DNA from: Pristiophorus japonicus
Lineage: Eukaryota
Direction of reading: 5' to 3'
NCBI RefSeq assembly: GCF_044704955.1
Contig: NC_091999.1
Location: 16,120,001-16,184,000 of the forward strand
Length of the DNA stretch: 64,000 bases
In this document: positions 35,996 through 48,554 of the stretch, piece after piece
Layout: every line of letters starts with the position of its first letter
Numbering within the stretch: position 1 is the stretch's first letter
Made by a program: the position numbers and the translations under genes
Notes under the pieces: model-generated
What the model was told of the DNA's origin: nothing
The model's input: the letters and a program-made list of their open reading frames with translations, nothing else
Database searches by the model: none

Positions 35996-38237
35996 CCATG
36001 GTGTTTCGGAACTGCTTCTTCTGGCTATCATAATCTGGATTAACGATCTCATTTCTGCGGAGACTCCACAACCTCAAAGTCAATCTTTCACGTTTCTCAC
36101 CTATGCCAGTTTCTTAAATAACTGAGTTAAATGACACTCCCCGCAATACAGGATCACAATCGAGAAGTTTTACAACCCGTCAGGAGGACTCCTGATTCTC
36201 ACACAGTGAGCAGGCGCACATAAACAGAACAGACACAAACGGTGCTCCAGGCAGAGAGACCAGTTCAATCTATTAATTTCAATGAAGTTGTTTGATTTCT
36301 AATTTATTTCTTGCCAATTTCCAACCACCGCAAGTCTGCAGATTCTTTGAAATTAAACTGATATTAATTTGAGAGAAACTTCAACATCCAGCCATTTTTC
36401 CATCTCTGTCAACTATCTTGTAAACCGTGTAAAAATTAACTTCCCTGAAAGTAAGTATCTGGAAATAATTCACATTCCACGGCAATTTGCTGCCCGTCAC
36501 ACGGGACTTGGTGACATATTCAGAATGTCACAATCCAGGGGACATCTACATTGAAACCTGATCACCCACTGATTTTATATATTTTCATCAGTAAATATAA
36601 CCTGTAAAATCATCGAGGCAAAACAAGAAGTTAATTCACTAAAATCTGCAGCGACACCTTATCAAACTCAGCACAGCCGGGTTATACATGCATTGTTTTG
36701 TAAATTAACTTATGAATTAATTAAACATTATCTGCAACCCTTGAGATTTTGCAATAATTGTAATACTGACCAGTATGCAACACAATTGTAATGGATCGTT
36801 TATGTTTAATGAATTAGCACTGATGTTACTGTCTAAGTTAATGTTCATGTTAGCTGATTATTGAAAATAATCTGAGTGCTTATCTGGCTCTTCCTGCTCA
36901 GAAGCACACGTACCTGGAACTTTTGAAATTAAATTAACGTTCTTGAATTTCTGCCTTACTAATGCAATTAATTAATAATAATATTAAAACCTTTTTCTGC
37001 CTGGTAACTTGTGATATATTAAGATTAACTTAACTTACAATAACAATTCATGAATATTAAAATATTAAGCAGCATATTAATACATACATTCTCAGAAAAA
37101 TACCTTATTTTTACTTATATCGAATCAAATTTGAATAATTGACAATAATCACGCAGTTCTACCACTGTCCCGCTCTCGACCGACATCTTTTTAAACTCTG
37201 CATGTTTCTGATATAGCAAAAACTGAGTCTATTCGCAGAGAACATTTCACATGATGGATTTAGGGGAGGACTATTTTAAATAGTTCTCTGTCCAGCCGAG
37301 GTCACAACTCCGATGGTTGTAAACCGCTTGTTTACTAATACTGGAATCTCGAGCTGAAATATTCTCCTCAATCTTAAACCCCAAAAATGGTTTTATTAAT
37401 TAAAACCCACCCGTGCAGCTTAAAGTCAATAGCAGAGCCTCCGCTGTTTAATAACACAGACAATCTTTTATAGTTCACTCCCGTTATTCACATAATGCCC
37501 GCAAATTAATGATTAAATATACTCTGCTACTTCTTGAAAATAGTTTCCAGAATGGTGAGTGTAAAACTGGAGGATAACAAATCATTCAGACCATATGCGA
37601 CACTGAAACTGAATGAGGTGAGACTTTGTTCATCAATTTAACATTCATAAGAATTAAACATAACTCTCAGATATTATCTGTGCTTTGTCTACCGTTCTAT
37701 TCCGCATACAGCAGCGTTTTGGGAGATAGGATTTTGTTTTAAATTCAAAAGAAGATGGACCTTTTGTAAGTAAATTAATCTGCTTGAATTTCAATGGATT
37801 ATTTGCCTGTCTCCATCCATACACAGTCGGAACCTGCCTTGAATTTAAATATAATTACATGAATAATTCTTTGACTGCCAGCGACGCCTGTCTCTCAGCT
37901 TTTGGTCTTGCAAAGTGTTCAAGATTAATTTAGTAATAATTCTATCAAACAACACACAATATTGATTCAATAACAATTTTCGGCTGCACAGTGAGAATGT
38001 CATACCCCAGCAGATATATTAAATTGACAAAATGCAATTTGCAACACGGCTTTAAGTTATAATTAATTGCACTCAGTCATTCATCTGTGTAAACAGGAGG
38101 TAGCAAGTAATTGAACTCCCGACTCAAACTGAACACAGCGGTGGAATCAGTATGTTATTAATGAAATAATTGCAGGCATAATTAATAACTGTATCCAGCC
38201 TCTAAAAGTTTCTGCTTCCTTTAATGGAGCCCAGTGT

Positions 38238-39500
38238 AGAGCAGGATTTTGGAAGGCGAATAATATTAAGTAAATTAACATTGGACTTATAGCATATTTT
38301 AATAACACTGGGAGATATTATCGCATTATAATCGGTTGGTTAATATTAATTTAATTCAACTACATCCTGAACACGTTAATTATTCAGATGGCAATTAGTT
38401 ACATTTCGCACAATAAAATATCAGCATCGTAAACATAAATTAATAGTTGAATATATAATTATCACTTGTATAATTGTTATATTAAAATACCTTTCAATGA
38501 TTTCTGATTTCTAAACCCGTCCTGTTCTCTGTCTATAAACTGTTTTCAAACAGTTTCAAACACATATCGTGTTTGCATTCGAGCAGAAACCTGCTGCTGC
38601 CCGCTGACACCCATATTGAACATTGTAGAAACGCCTAGATTCACAAATTCTAGGTATTCTGAGTAACACAGGCACATCTCTCCTCAGCAGATCAACACTA
38701 AATCACATCACTGAGGGGCGGAATCCCTCGACAGAACCTTTCATGGAGCAGATCCTTCATTTCATCAACCCTTTCAGCAGAATCAAATGTATCATTGCAA
38801 AAAATCTCATTACAAAATCACTGAACCCGCCTAACACTGAAATAACTAAAGATTGAATTCAACAGAAATATAAAATAATGAGAGCAGAATTGTGATTAGA
38901 CAGATCATGTTAAATACATTAATGTTGATATTATAGCATATTTAATAAAACGTGATGATATTGCTACATTATAATAATGTTAATAATATTAATTTAAGTG
39001 TGTCCCAGCGTGAAATATGTTAATTTTTCAGTACTTAATTACAGTAACAGCTCACGTATTGAATCTGAGAGTTCGGGAACATTCGGTCAGTAGATGACAA
39101 TCCAATTTTCATTAAAAAACTTAAAATTCCTTAAGATTATTTACTGGTCGCTAAGCTTTCTGTTTTGTGCCTACAATGTTCTTTTAAACACATTTAAACA
39201 CAATGTTTGCATTCGATCAGAAAAACTGCAGCAATTAGTGGTCACCAAAATTAAACATTGCAGAAACATCAAACAGTGTAAAAACCATAATGTATTTAGA
39301 GTAACCCAGGCACATGTCTCGTCAGCAAATAAACAGCAAATCACATGAACAACATTTTCTGTGGAGAAAAAGTTGAATTCTATAATCACTTTGCAGCAGA
39401 ATCACATTGAAAATTGCAAAAAATCTCAAAACAAAATCCACTGAACCTAAGTTTCAGTGAACGAAATAATTATTAAAATAAACAGAAATATAAAATAAAG
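38238..39500. repeat. Diverged tandem duplication of about 630 bp in the J-proximal intron
   Basis: Colinear shared blocks ttatagcatattt, gtttgcattcga, caggcacat.tc, gcagaatca, attgcaaaaaatctca and aacagaaatataaaataa in 38238-38880 and 38881-39500. Confidence 0.8.
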
Positions 39501-39541
39501 ACACAAATACAAGAGTTACTGAATGAGTGAATGTTCCTTAC

Positions 39542-39609
39542 CTGCAGTCACCGTTACCATGGTCCCTTGTCCCCAGTAGTCCTTGGCAATGTACCCACTC
39601 CCGCAGTCC
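39542..39609 (-). CDS. Germline-joined D(D)J segment
   Basis: g gac tgc ggg agt ggg tac att gcc aag gac tac tgg gga caa ggg acc atg gta acg gtg act gca g|gtaagg = DCGSGYIAKDYWGQGTMVTVTA; no RSS between the D-like part and J. Confidence 0.88.
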
Positions 39610-39637
39610 CACAGTGACAGGAACCCGCACACATACT
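39610..39637 (+). promoter_or_regulatory. 12-bp-spacer RSS at the 5' end of the D(D)J
   Basis: CACAGTG + acaggaacccgc (12) + ACACATACT. Confidence 0.85.
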
Positions 39638-40044
39638 GCACTCACTCTCTGCTCAGTACTGACTCTCAACATTCACGTCAAATAGACATTCACTTCAAAT
39701 ACTCATTCGCTTCTGATCAAGTTTAGAATTTAGCCAACAGTTTACATAGCACAATTGAAAGTGAACACAGTTCTAACCAGCTCCCTGCATGTACCAGGCA
39801 CAGTGAATCGAGCATCACCTCCAGCTCTGCAATTGCTGACACTGTTAACATTAAACAGGAGCATAATGAACACCTCCGTTCTGTACATGGGTTAGTGTGT
39901 TAGATTTTTACCATTGAATTCTCAGTGTGTTAGTTTTGTAAGAAGCGGTTTATGGTCTTGTTCTGTACATTGCCGGTAACATTGCATTTGACACAATTAA
40001 TGACCATCAGGTTATGATGTAAGTTGTTGAATTCCCCCTCGATC

Positions 40045-40083
40045 TGTTCTTGTACAGGTCCAGCCCTGGTTCCTCTCGCTGTG
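40045..40083 (-). promoter_or_regulatory. 23-bp-spacer RSS of VH
   Basis: CACAGCG + agaggaaccagggctggacctgt (23) + ACAAGAACA, immediately after YYCARY. Confidence 0.92.
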
Positions 40084-40388
40084 GTACCTTGCACAGTAAT
40101 AGATGGCGGCGTCTTCGCTCTTCAGATTCTTCATGTCCAGCGCGAAGATGTTGTTTGAAATGTCTTTGGACGCAGTAAATCGGCTCGCAATCCCTGCGGC
40201 GTAATACTTGTTCGATGGACTGTAATACTGAACCAGCCACTCCAGCCCCTGTCCGGGAATCTGGCGGATCCAGTACATGTAGCTGCCACCAAGATCGAAG
40301 CCGCTGGTTTTACAGGTCAGTCTCAGGGAGCTTCCGGGAAACCTGATCTCTGCCTCGGGCTGAGTCAACACCACATCCGACTGGACAC
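40084..40388 (-). CDS. IGHV: IgM VH exon, unrearranged and open
   Basis: tttacag|(R)[73 protein letters not shown]. Confidence 0.97.
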
Positions 40389-40515
40389 CTGTAAAAATAA
40401 TCAAAATACCCGAAGATTCAATCCTGGTGAAATGATTCCTGACTCTGTAACATTCCAGAGAGAGACTAACACTGAGACAGTAACAGTGAGACATTGGACA
40501 ATAAAAACTACTCAC

Positions 40516-40561
40516 GGGAAAAGAAAGCCAGCAACAGACTGAGAGAAATCGCCGACCTCAT
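40516..40561 (-). CDS. IGHV: VH leader exon
   Basis: [15 protein letters not shown] c|gtgagt; phase 1, joins the V exon in frame. Confidence 0.95.
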
Positions 40562-40644
40562 CCTCCTGGCAATGTGTGGTGAATGGTACCGGCAAGAACT
40601 CACTGAACAAACCCACTCCCAGACTGTTGTATTGCGGTCCCAGT

Positions 40645-40750
40645 GACAGCAGTTAAATACCCGGGAGCTGGGGGCGAGGTTACAGGCGCCGCCCATTGAT
40701 TCACTGATAGAGGCGGTTTCTGGATTCACATCACACCTTCCACATCACCA
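40645..40750 (-). promoter_or_regulatory. VH promoter
   Basis: TATTTAA about 95 bp upstream of the ATG; TGTGATGTGA (TCR-Vbeta-decamer/CRE-like) near 40730; no ATGCAAAT octamer seen, as reported for shark VH promoters. Confidence 0.6.
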
Positions 40751-42274
40751 ACAGAATGGACTCACATCTGGACTGTAAATTAAATCCCTTATTTCCTCAC
40801 TCCTTCAAAGGGGATGTGAATCTCTGAGATTGAATTACATAATCAGGGTCTAAAGATACTGCCAGTTTGTGTTTCTCCATCTCCCGCTATCTATCCATGC
40901 ATCTGTACCAATAAAGTATCCCCTATAATCTGAATTGTTATCACTCTATGTAACCGAGTGCGGGAGATGGGTAATGTGATTCTATTTACGGTGTACTTGG
41001 CTAAAGCTACACACTTTTGGTCTGGAGATGAGATCATACTCCTCACATTACACAATTGTCTCTCATTGCATTTCACTAACTGCCCCTGAGTCTGTGACCC
41101 GACGACAGCCGTTTGTAAAATTAGCTGTCAAATAAGTCCGCTTGACTGATGATTAAGGAGTGAGTTGACGGAGACACATAAGAAAGTGGGTCCCTCCCGC
41201 TTCAGACCTGCGTTTTATGAGAGAAGCTTGTGAATCAGAACCGATAATGTGATCAGCAAACCTCGATATCCAAATCCTTGCAGCTAACTTTAATAGCGAC
41301 CGACTGTGTAACAGACACGGGTAACAGGAACACGGTGTATCAGGACATAACGATATGTTACAGAATTTCACAGGAATAAATGCTTCATCTCCAGCAGCAA
41401 CAGATCACAATCTGGGCATTTCACCACCCAATGGTAGCCTGGCTATGAGAGGGGTTGTTCAGGAACCCAAATCAGATCAAATTATACCGCACACTGCGCG
41501 GCTACTAATCAGGAATAATGGAGACATGAGGTTAGACCTGGCTCTAAATTCTGTGATAATATTAAAGAAGTGCAGCTGGCACTTCTCTGTGAGAATATTC
41601 AAGGCAATTCAACCTGTTTTAGTTACTTTGCGAATCCCACTCATCTCATCATAGTGTGGGGTGAGGCCATTAAACCTCTCTCCAAAACTTCATCCTGTAC
41701 TGAATAAAGGGACTGAATGGTCCAGAATGGTATTTATTTGGAAATAGTTTTCATTAGATACCGTGTTGATCAATTCATTATTTTCCGATCCTATTTTTAA
41801 TATGGTGAGCAAGGAATTTACGGAAAATCATTCTTGTGATGTTATACCATGTAAAATGTTTCTTATTTTAAAAGTTCGACTGAATAATTTCATGTTCAAG
41901 TAGTTAAATACCATCTTTCTCCCATTCTTGTTCACGCTATTCTGACCGACACAATATTTGGCAGTAACCCAACCGACTGCCTTCAGCGAGCCTCGAACAC
42001 CAGTGTCATTTACAGGAAGCATTTGGGATTCTTTGCAGTCCATCAAAGGTCTGTTTTCTCACTGCTGACCGCATGCCTGGAAGCCAACTTCAAAACCTTT
42101 ACATTGTCAAAAGACCTATTAATATACACATCTACCCAGTAATGGTACTGGAGTTAAATTTAATTTTTTCGTTGTGTAAATGTGTGGAACTGTTCCCATA
42201 TCCCAGGAAAAGAATTATATCCAATGCCTCAGACACCATGTCAAAAGCAGCAGTCAGCTGGAGTATCAGTACCG

Positions 42275-42458
42275 NNNNNNNNNNNNNNNNNNNNNNNNNN
42301 NNNNNNNNNNNNNNNNNNNNNNNNNNNNNNNNNNNNNNNNNNNNNNNNNNNNNNNNNNNNNNNNNNNNNNNNNNNNNNNNNNNNNNNNNNNNNNNNNNNN
42401 NNNNNNNNNNNNNNNNNNNNNNNNNNNNNNNNNNNNNNNNNNNNNNNNNNNNNNNNNN
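42275..42458. other. Assembly gap
   Basis: Run of N. Confidence 1.
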
Positions 42459-44690
42459 GATCAGTGCTGGGTCCACTATTGTTCACAACTTATATTAACA
42501 TTTTAGATTTTGGAGTCAAAAACACAACTTCTAAATTTTCGAATGCACGTGGGGTGGGCGGGTCGGTGTGTAAATACTGAGGAACACTGCAACGAATTAC
42601 AAGAATGCATGAATTGACTAATTAGTTCCAACACAGACAAGCATGAGTTATTACATTTTGGTAAGAAAAATAAGGAGGTCACTTATCACGTTTAAAATAA
42701 GAATCTAAGTGGGATGGAGGAACAAAGGTCTCTGAGAATGCAAATACACACATCACTAAAAGTAGCGACGCAGGTTAATAATGCCATAAAAAGAATAAAA
42801 ACTGTACTCGGGTTTATTTCTAGAGGGATTGAATTGAAAAGTGCAAAAGTTATACGAAACTTGGTTAGACCACACTTGAAGTACTTTGTATAATTGACCC
42901 AACCCCCGCCCTTTCCCCGAAGCCCTGCATATGTTTTCATTCGGATATGTGGACAGTGCAGGGAAGTGGAATTCAGGTAGAAGATCAGCCATGATCCCGT
43001 TGAATGACGGAACAGGTTCGAGGAACCGTATGGCCTACTTCTGCTCCCAATTCTTATGTTCTTATCTTCTGATTTTCTCGTAAATATGGACATTAGATAC
43101 TCAATCTCTTCTCATAGGACAGCATCCCACCCACCCACCCCCCTGCGCACTCCCTCCCCGCCCCCCACACCGCCGCCTCGCAGGAATCAGATCAGTCTGA
43201 TGAACCTTAGATGCACTACCTCGAAGGCAAGTGTATCCTTCCTTAGGTAAGAGAACAAAACTGTATACAATACACCAGGTGTAGTCTCAGCAAGGCCCAA
43301 TAGAAGTGCATGAAGACTTCTTTGATCTAATACTCCAATCCCTTTGCAATAAAATGTTGCTTACCATTTGCTTTCCTAATTGCTCACTTTGGCTCTATTT
43401 TAGCTTTCTGTGATTCGTGTACAAGACCATCCAGGTCTTTCTGAATAACAACATTACCCAGTTTCTCAGCATTCAAAAAATAATCTGCGTTTCTATTTGT
43501 CCTACCAAAGTGCGTAACTTCACACTTCACCACATTATACTCAAGCTGTCATGTTCTTGCCCACTCACTTAACATTGCAGCCTTCTTCCTTCTTCCTCAC
43601 TGTTTACTGTCCCACATAACTTTGTATTGCATAGTACGCTCATTTAAGTCATCTTTCTATACACGTGTAGAAGCTCTAACAATCTGTTTTTATGTGTTTG
43701 ATAGCTTATTTAATTTTATATTTTCTCCCATATTATCAGTTGCGTGTGCATCTTTTGCAGAATTCTAAAATCTTCCCAATTGTCGGGCTTACTCCACTTT
43801 TTGTCAACATTCTAAGCCTGTTCATTTAATCTAATACTGTCTTTAACGTCCCTTGTTATCCACGGTTGCACCATTTTTCCTGTGAGGTTTTTATTCATTA
43901 TGGAAGTTTATCTAATCTGACGGCTCTGTGTGATGAGCTGAAGGTGAATTTGCAACAGTAATTTTGCTAATTCCGCCCTTGATACTTCCTGATCATCTGC
44001 ACCTCTTGTTGTTTGTTCTAAAAAAAATCCTCTGGGTAAACGTTCAAGCAAGTTATTGTGGTTGGAATTATGAATCATGTTTAAAGTAAGCTCTGGGGTT
44101 TGCAGTAGATGTCGTTTATCAGCAGGTGGCGACAGTGATCATATTGATACATGAGTCATGTGGAGACGAATGTTGCTGAGTATTTCAGTCACCGTCTGCA
44201 TTGTCAAAACAAGTAAAACAATATAATGAATGCTTCTCAGTCTATCAAATTTGAAGGAAGCATGTATCCTTAGAAATAATCTGAAGGGCCAATAAATTTA
44301 TTTCAATCCACATTTTAGGAAGAATTTTGGGCTCTTGCCGAGGATGCAGAGGAGATTGCTGCAAGGCATGAGGGAGTTAGTTATGTGGAGACGAAAGAGG
44401 ATGGGATTATTCTTATTATAGCAGGGAATGCTTAGGGGAGAATTAACAGATGTTTTCAAAATTGTGAAGGGGTTTCATAGAGTTGATAGGAAGGTAGGGT
44501 TTCCATCGGCAGGTCTATCGGTAACCAGAGGACAAAGATTAAGGTGATTGATAAAATAAATCCAGACGATGGAGATAAAGAGATTTTTTATGCAGAGAGT
44601 TTTAATAGCCTGGAATGTAGTGCCTGAAAGGGTGATGGCAGCAGATTCAATTATAACTTTCAAATAGGGAAATCAATATATTTTTGAAAA
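42459..44690. mobile_element. Cluster of degraded CR1 fragments in both orientations
   Basis: SVLGPLLF at 42461; LVRPHL at 42860; 3' tail near 43030; minus-strand fragment 43190-43880; plus-strand fragment 44300-44680. Confidence 0.7.
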
Positions 44691-44709
44691 GGAAAGATGA
44701 TCTGGTGAA

Positions 44710-45250
44710 ATAAAAAGAGAGACAGTGTCGAGGATAATATAAACAGAGACAGTGTCTGGCGTAATATAAACTGAGACAGGATCTACTGTAATATAAACAG
44801 AGACAGGGCCTAATGTAATATAAACAGGGATAGTGTCCGGAAGAATATAAAAAGAGACAGTGTCCAGTGTAATATAAACAGAGGCAGGGTCTTGTGTAAT
44901 ATAAACAGAGATAGGGTCTGGTTTAATATAAACAGAGAAAGGGTCCAGTGTGATATAAACAGAGACAGGGTCTAGTGTAATATAAATAGAGACAGGGTCC
45001 AGGGTGATATAAACAGAGACAGGGTCTAGTACAATATAAACAGAGACAGGGTCTAGTGTAATATAAATAGAGACAGGGTCCAGGGTGATATAAACAGAGA
45101 CAGGGTCTAGTACAATATAAACAGAGACAGGGTCTAGTCCAATATAAACAGAGACAGGGTCTAGTGTAATATAAACAGAGACAGGACCTGGTGTAATATA
45201 AACAGGTACAGGGTCTAGTGTAATATAAACAGAGGCAGGGTCTAGCATAA
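44710..45250 (-). repeat. 27-bp satellite, reverse orientation
   Basis: About 20 units of tgtaatataaacagagacagggtctag. Confidence 0.93.
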
Positions 45251-45454
45251 TATTAGATAGAAGTACAGATAGATGGACAGAAGTCCGAATCGAGTGACGG
45301 AAGTAACAGATGGACGGACCGATCGACCGAACAACAGACAGACAGACAGATAGACAGTCAGACAGACATGAAGATTTGCATGGCTGGAATGTTGCTTTCA
45401 AATTACTCTAGATATTCGATATGTTTAAATTACTCTAGACTCTGTATAATTATA

Positions 45455-46310
45455 ACTGCACTGGACCTTCTCTCTATTCATATTGCACAAGGCACTGTCT
45501 CAGTTATTACTGCACTCCATCGGGATCTATTTTATTACTGTAAATTCTGTCTCAGTTATACTGCACTAGAACCTGTCTCTGTTTATATTATGCTCAGCTC
45601 TGTATCAGTTATCACAGTACTCGACCCTCTGTTATAATACATTAGAACCTGTCTCAGTTACTATTGAACTAGACGCTGTCTCTGTTTATATTACCGTACA
45701 CCCTGTTTCTGTCAATATTTCCCTAGTCCCTGTCTCTCTTTATATTACACTAGACACTGTCTCAGTTTATATTGCACTAGGAAATGTCAATGTTTCTAAT
45801 ACAATAGATCATGTATTAGTTATTATTAGAGCACGATTTCCTTTGTTATATTATGTTGGACCCTGTTTATATTATACTATCCCCTGTCTCTTTATAATAG
45901 ATTGCTCCTGTCTCTATTTATATTACAGTAGACCCTGTCTCTATTTATATTACACTAGATCCTGTCTCTATTTATGTTACAGTAGACCCTGTATTTTTTA
46001 TATTACACTCGACAGTCTCTGTTTATGTTACACTAGACCCTGTATTTTCCATATTACACTAGACACTGTCTCTGTTTTTACTACACTAGACCCTGTATTT
46101 TCCATATTACACTAGACACTGTCTCTGTTTTTACTACACTAGACCCTGTCTCTGTTTATATGGCACTACACACTGTCTCTGTTTATATTACACTAGATGC
46201 TGTGTCTGTTTATTTTACACTAGACCCTGTAAATGTATATATTAAACTATATCCTCTCTATCTATGTTACAATTGGACATGTCTCGGTTATTACAGCACT
46301 GGACCCTGGG
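45455..46310 (+). repeat. 27-bp satellite, forward orientation, degenerate
   Basis: ctagaccctgtctctgtttatattaca variants. Confidence 0.88.
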
Positions 46311-46539
46311 GTATAGATGTGTCTATATCGGTCAAATCGAGCAATTTGTGTGGCTGAAGGTCAGAGGTCGCACTGATGTTGCTGTTGCGACCAAGTCAAG
46401 TTGATGATGCTGCATTGTTGTGAAAAATGACTTCACCCATTGTTTACGTGTTTATGACGTAATTATGTCAAAAAGGTAAAAAGGAAATGCAATATACAGG
46501 AAGTTGCACTGATAATAACATTTTTCTGGGAAAGAGATG

Positions 46540-46895
46540 TCACACTGTGCCATCAAACATTCCCAGGGCAGGTACAGCGCGGGTCTATGCAGGGAAAAGC
46601 TCCCTCGATGATGTCCCATTAAACACTCCCAGCTCAGGTACAGCACTATTCGAGAAACAGTAAAGCTCCCTCTACACCGTCACATCAAACACTCCCAGGG
46701 CAGGTACAGCACGGTTTAGATAGAGAGTAAAGCTTGCTCTACACCGTCCCATCAAACTCTCCCAGGGCAGGTACAGCAATGGTCTATGCAGACTAAAGCT
46801 CCCTCTACACCGTCACATATCACACTCCCAGGGCAGGTACAGCACGGGGTTAGAAGCAGAGTAAAGTTCCCTCTACAGAGTCCCATCAAACACCA
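46540..46895. repeat. 67-bp satellite
   Basis: About 5 units. Confidence 0.88.
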
Positions 46896-47744
46896 AAGAT
46901 CTTTGAGTTCACACGACATATTTTATTATAAAGCTGCCTCTCCGCACAACCACCAATTTGGTTTGAGGCCTGGAAATAGACCTTAGGGAACATTTTTGTT
47001 AGACATTGACTTCTTATTGCGAGGTAAAGATAATGAGGCATTCTTTAGAGGCAAGGCAGAAGGTGTGGATAGTACAGAGAGGCAGAGAGGGAGGGGATAC
47101 AGGAAATTGCCACTAATACATTGAGCTGTCACTATATACGGTGACTAGAATATTTCCCCATTCTGACCGCGGATAACATCGTTGATTTGCTCACCAATAA
47201 CTGAAAGAAATCTCCAAAACATCAATTGTTGCTGGAATCCGTTGAGACATTAGCATTTCTCTCTCTGTTTATTTCTATTCTGTATTGATGAAGAAACATT
47301 TACTGTGTTTCTGTCGTTCAATATTCTAATCTGGGACTTCTATTTCTGTGTTTATTTACATAAACACCTCACTGGTTTCCAGGAAGTGTTCATGGCAGCA
47401 AAAGCAGATCCACAAAGTTTTACTGATTAGTTTTAACTCACAGCACGGGTTTATTTTATGAATATTGTTAGCTGGTACAAATAAATGGAAATATCTCCAG
47501 CAGTGACATCGTTTTTTTTTGTTTAATCAGAAGAGATGTGATTTATATCAAAGGGAAAATATTAAAATGAAAAATTCATCTCTGAAAATTGCGATACTTA
47601 AGTCAGTGGAACGTCTCTGAACAGATCAGTGATTCACTGGATGTCCATTTTGAGTAAGATTCCTGCCATTTAAACTAAACAAGTTACAACAGCGAGCAGA
47701 GGAGTGACCCATTGCAACGTATATTTTAAATGTTGACATTTAGA

Positions 47745-48200
47745 AATAACTTTCACGACTTTCACGTCCTCGGAATGTCTAAAAGCGCTTTACAATGAAG
47801 TACGTTTGAAGTGTAGTCACTTTTGTAATGTAGGAAATGTGAAGTCAAATTGCGCACAGCAAGCTCCCACAAATGTATTGTGATAATAACCACAGAATCT
47901 GTTCTTTAGTGATGCTGGTTAATGGATAAATATGTGTAATGGACACCGGGGTGAAATCCCCTGCTGTTTAAAATAGTGCCATTCAATCTCTTACATCCAA
48001 CTGTGAGGGGAGACTCAGCAGATGTAACGTCTCATCAGAAAGACTGCACCACCGTCAATATAGCCCTCCCCCCCGCCCCCAACCCTTCCCCTTTGGTACT
48101 GGAACCGGGAGTGCCAGCCGAGCTTATGTGCTCATTCTCTGGAGAGGGGTTTGGACCCACAAACTTCTCACTCAGAGGCGAGAGTGATCCATTGTGCCGG
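47745..48200 (-). mobile_element. DeuSINE
   Basis: Homologous to 5745-6170. Confidence 0.7.
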
Positions 48201-48554
48201 GGCTTTAGCACACCACTGCTTTATTTTTTAGATGTTGTCATTTAGTTTAGAGTGTCCAAAGTTCAGTGCCTGAGACGAGTCTTACATGTCGGTTTAATTC
48301 CCGGGGATAATGCTCTTATCTTGCCTGGGATGATATTCTGACACTGTTGTAAAGTGGGATTTCCATATCAAATCTAGCGACTCCGCATCTGGATGTTCAT
48401 CAGGTGCATCAGTAGAGCAGCTGGAAACTACGACGATGCTCCTTAGATTAGAGAATGTTAAGGGCGATTTAATAGAGGCGATCAAAATTATGAGAAGTTT
48501 TAATCGAGTAAATAGTTAGAAATCTTTTCCACTGGTAGGACGTACAGTAACCAC

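Noticed and set aside
39799-39840. Perfect CACAGTG between V and DJ as the RSS of a separate D
   Set aside because: No nonamer at 12 bp (cctccagct) or 23 bp (gcaattgct), and no opposing heptamer bracketing a D
25213-40561. IgNAR, IgW or IgM1gj identity
   Set aside because: Four Cmu-type exons, a conventional VH with full FR2 and CDR2, CH2 present and V not joined
41355-41654. ORF with VVQEPKS resembling a V-domain start
   Set aside because: No Cys, Trp or YYC framework and no RSS
42073-42580. ORFs spanning X runs (also 60518-60878)
   Set aside because: Artefacts of the N gaps
44673-45401. 242-aa LDPVSVYIT-repeat ORF
   Set aside because: A stop-free frame of the 27-bp satellite
47200-47500. 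Leader-like exon with a gtgagt donor on the minus strand in the duplicated block
   Set aside because: In-frame stop in both copies, and the downstream exon has no recognisable domain
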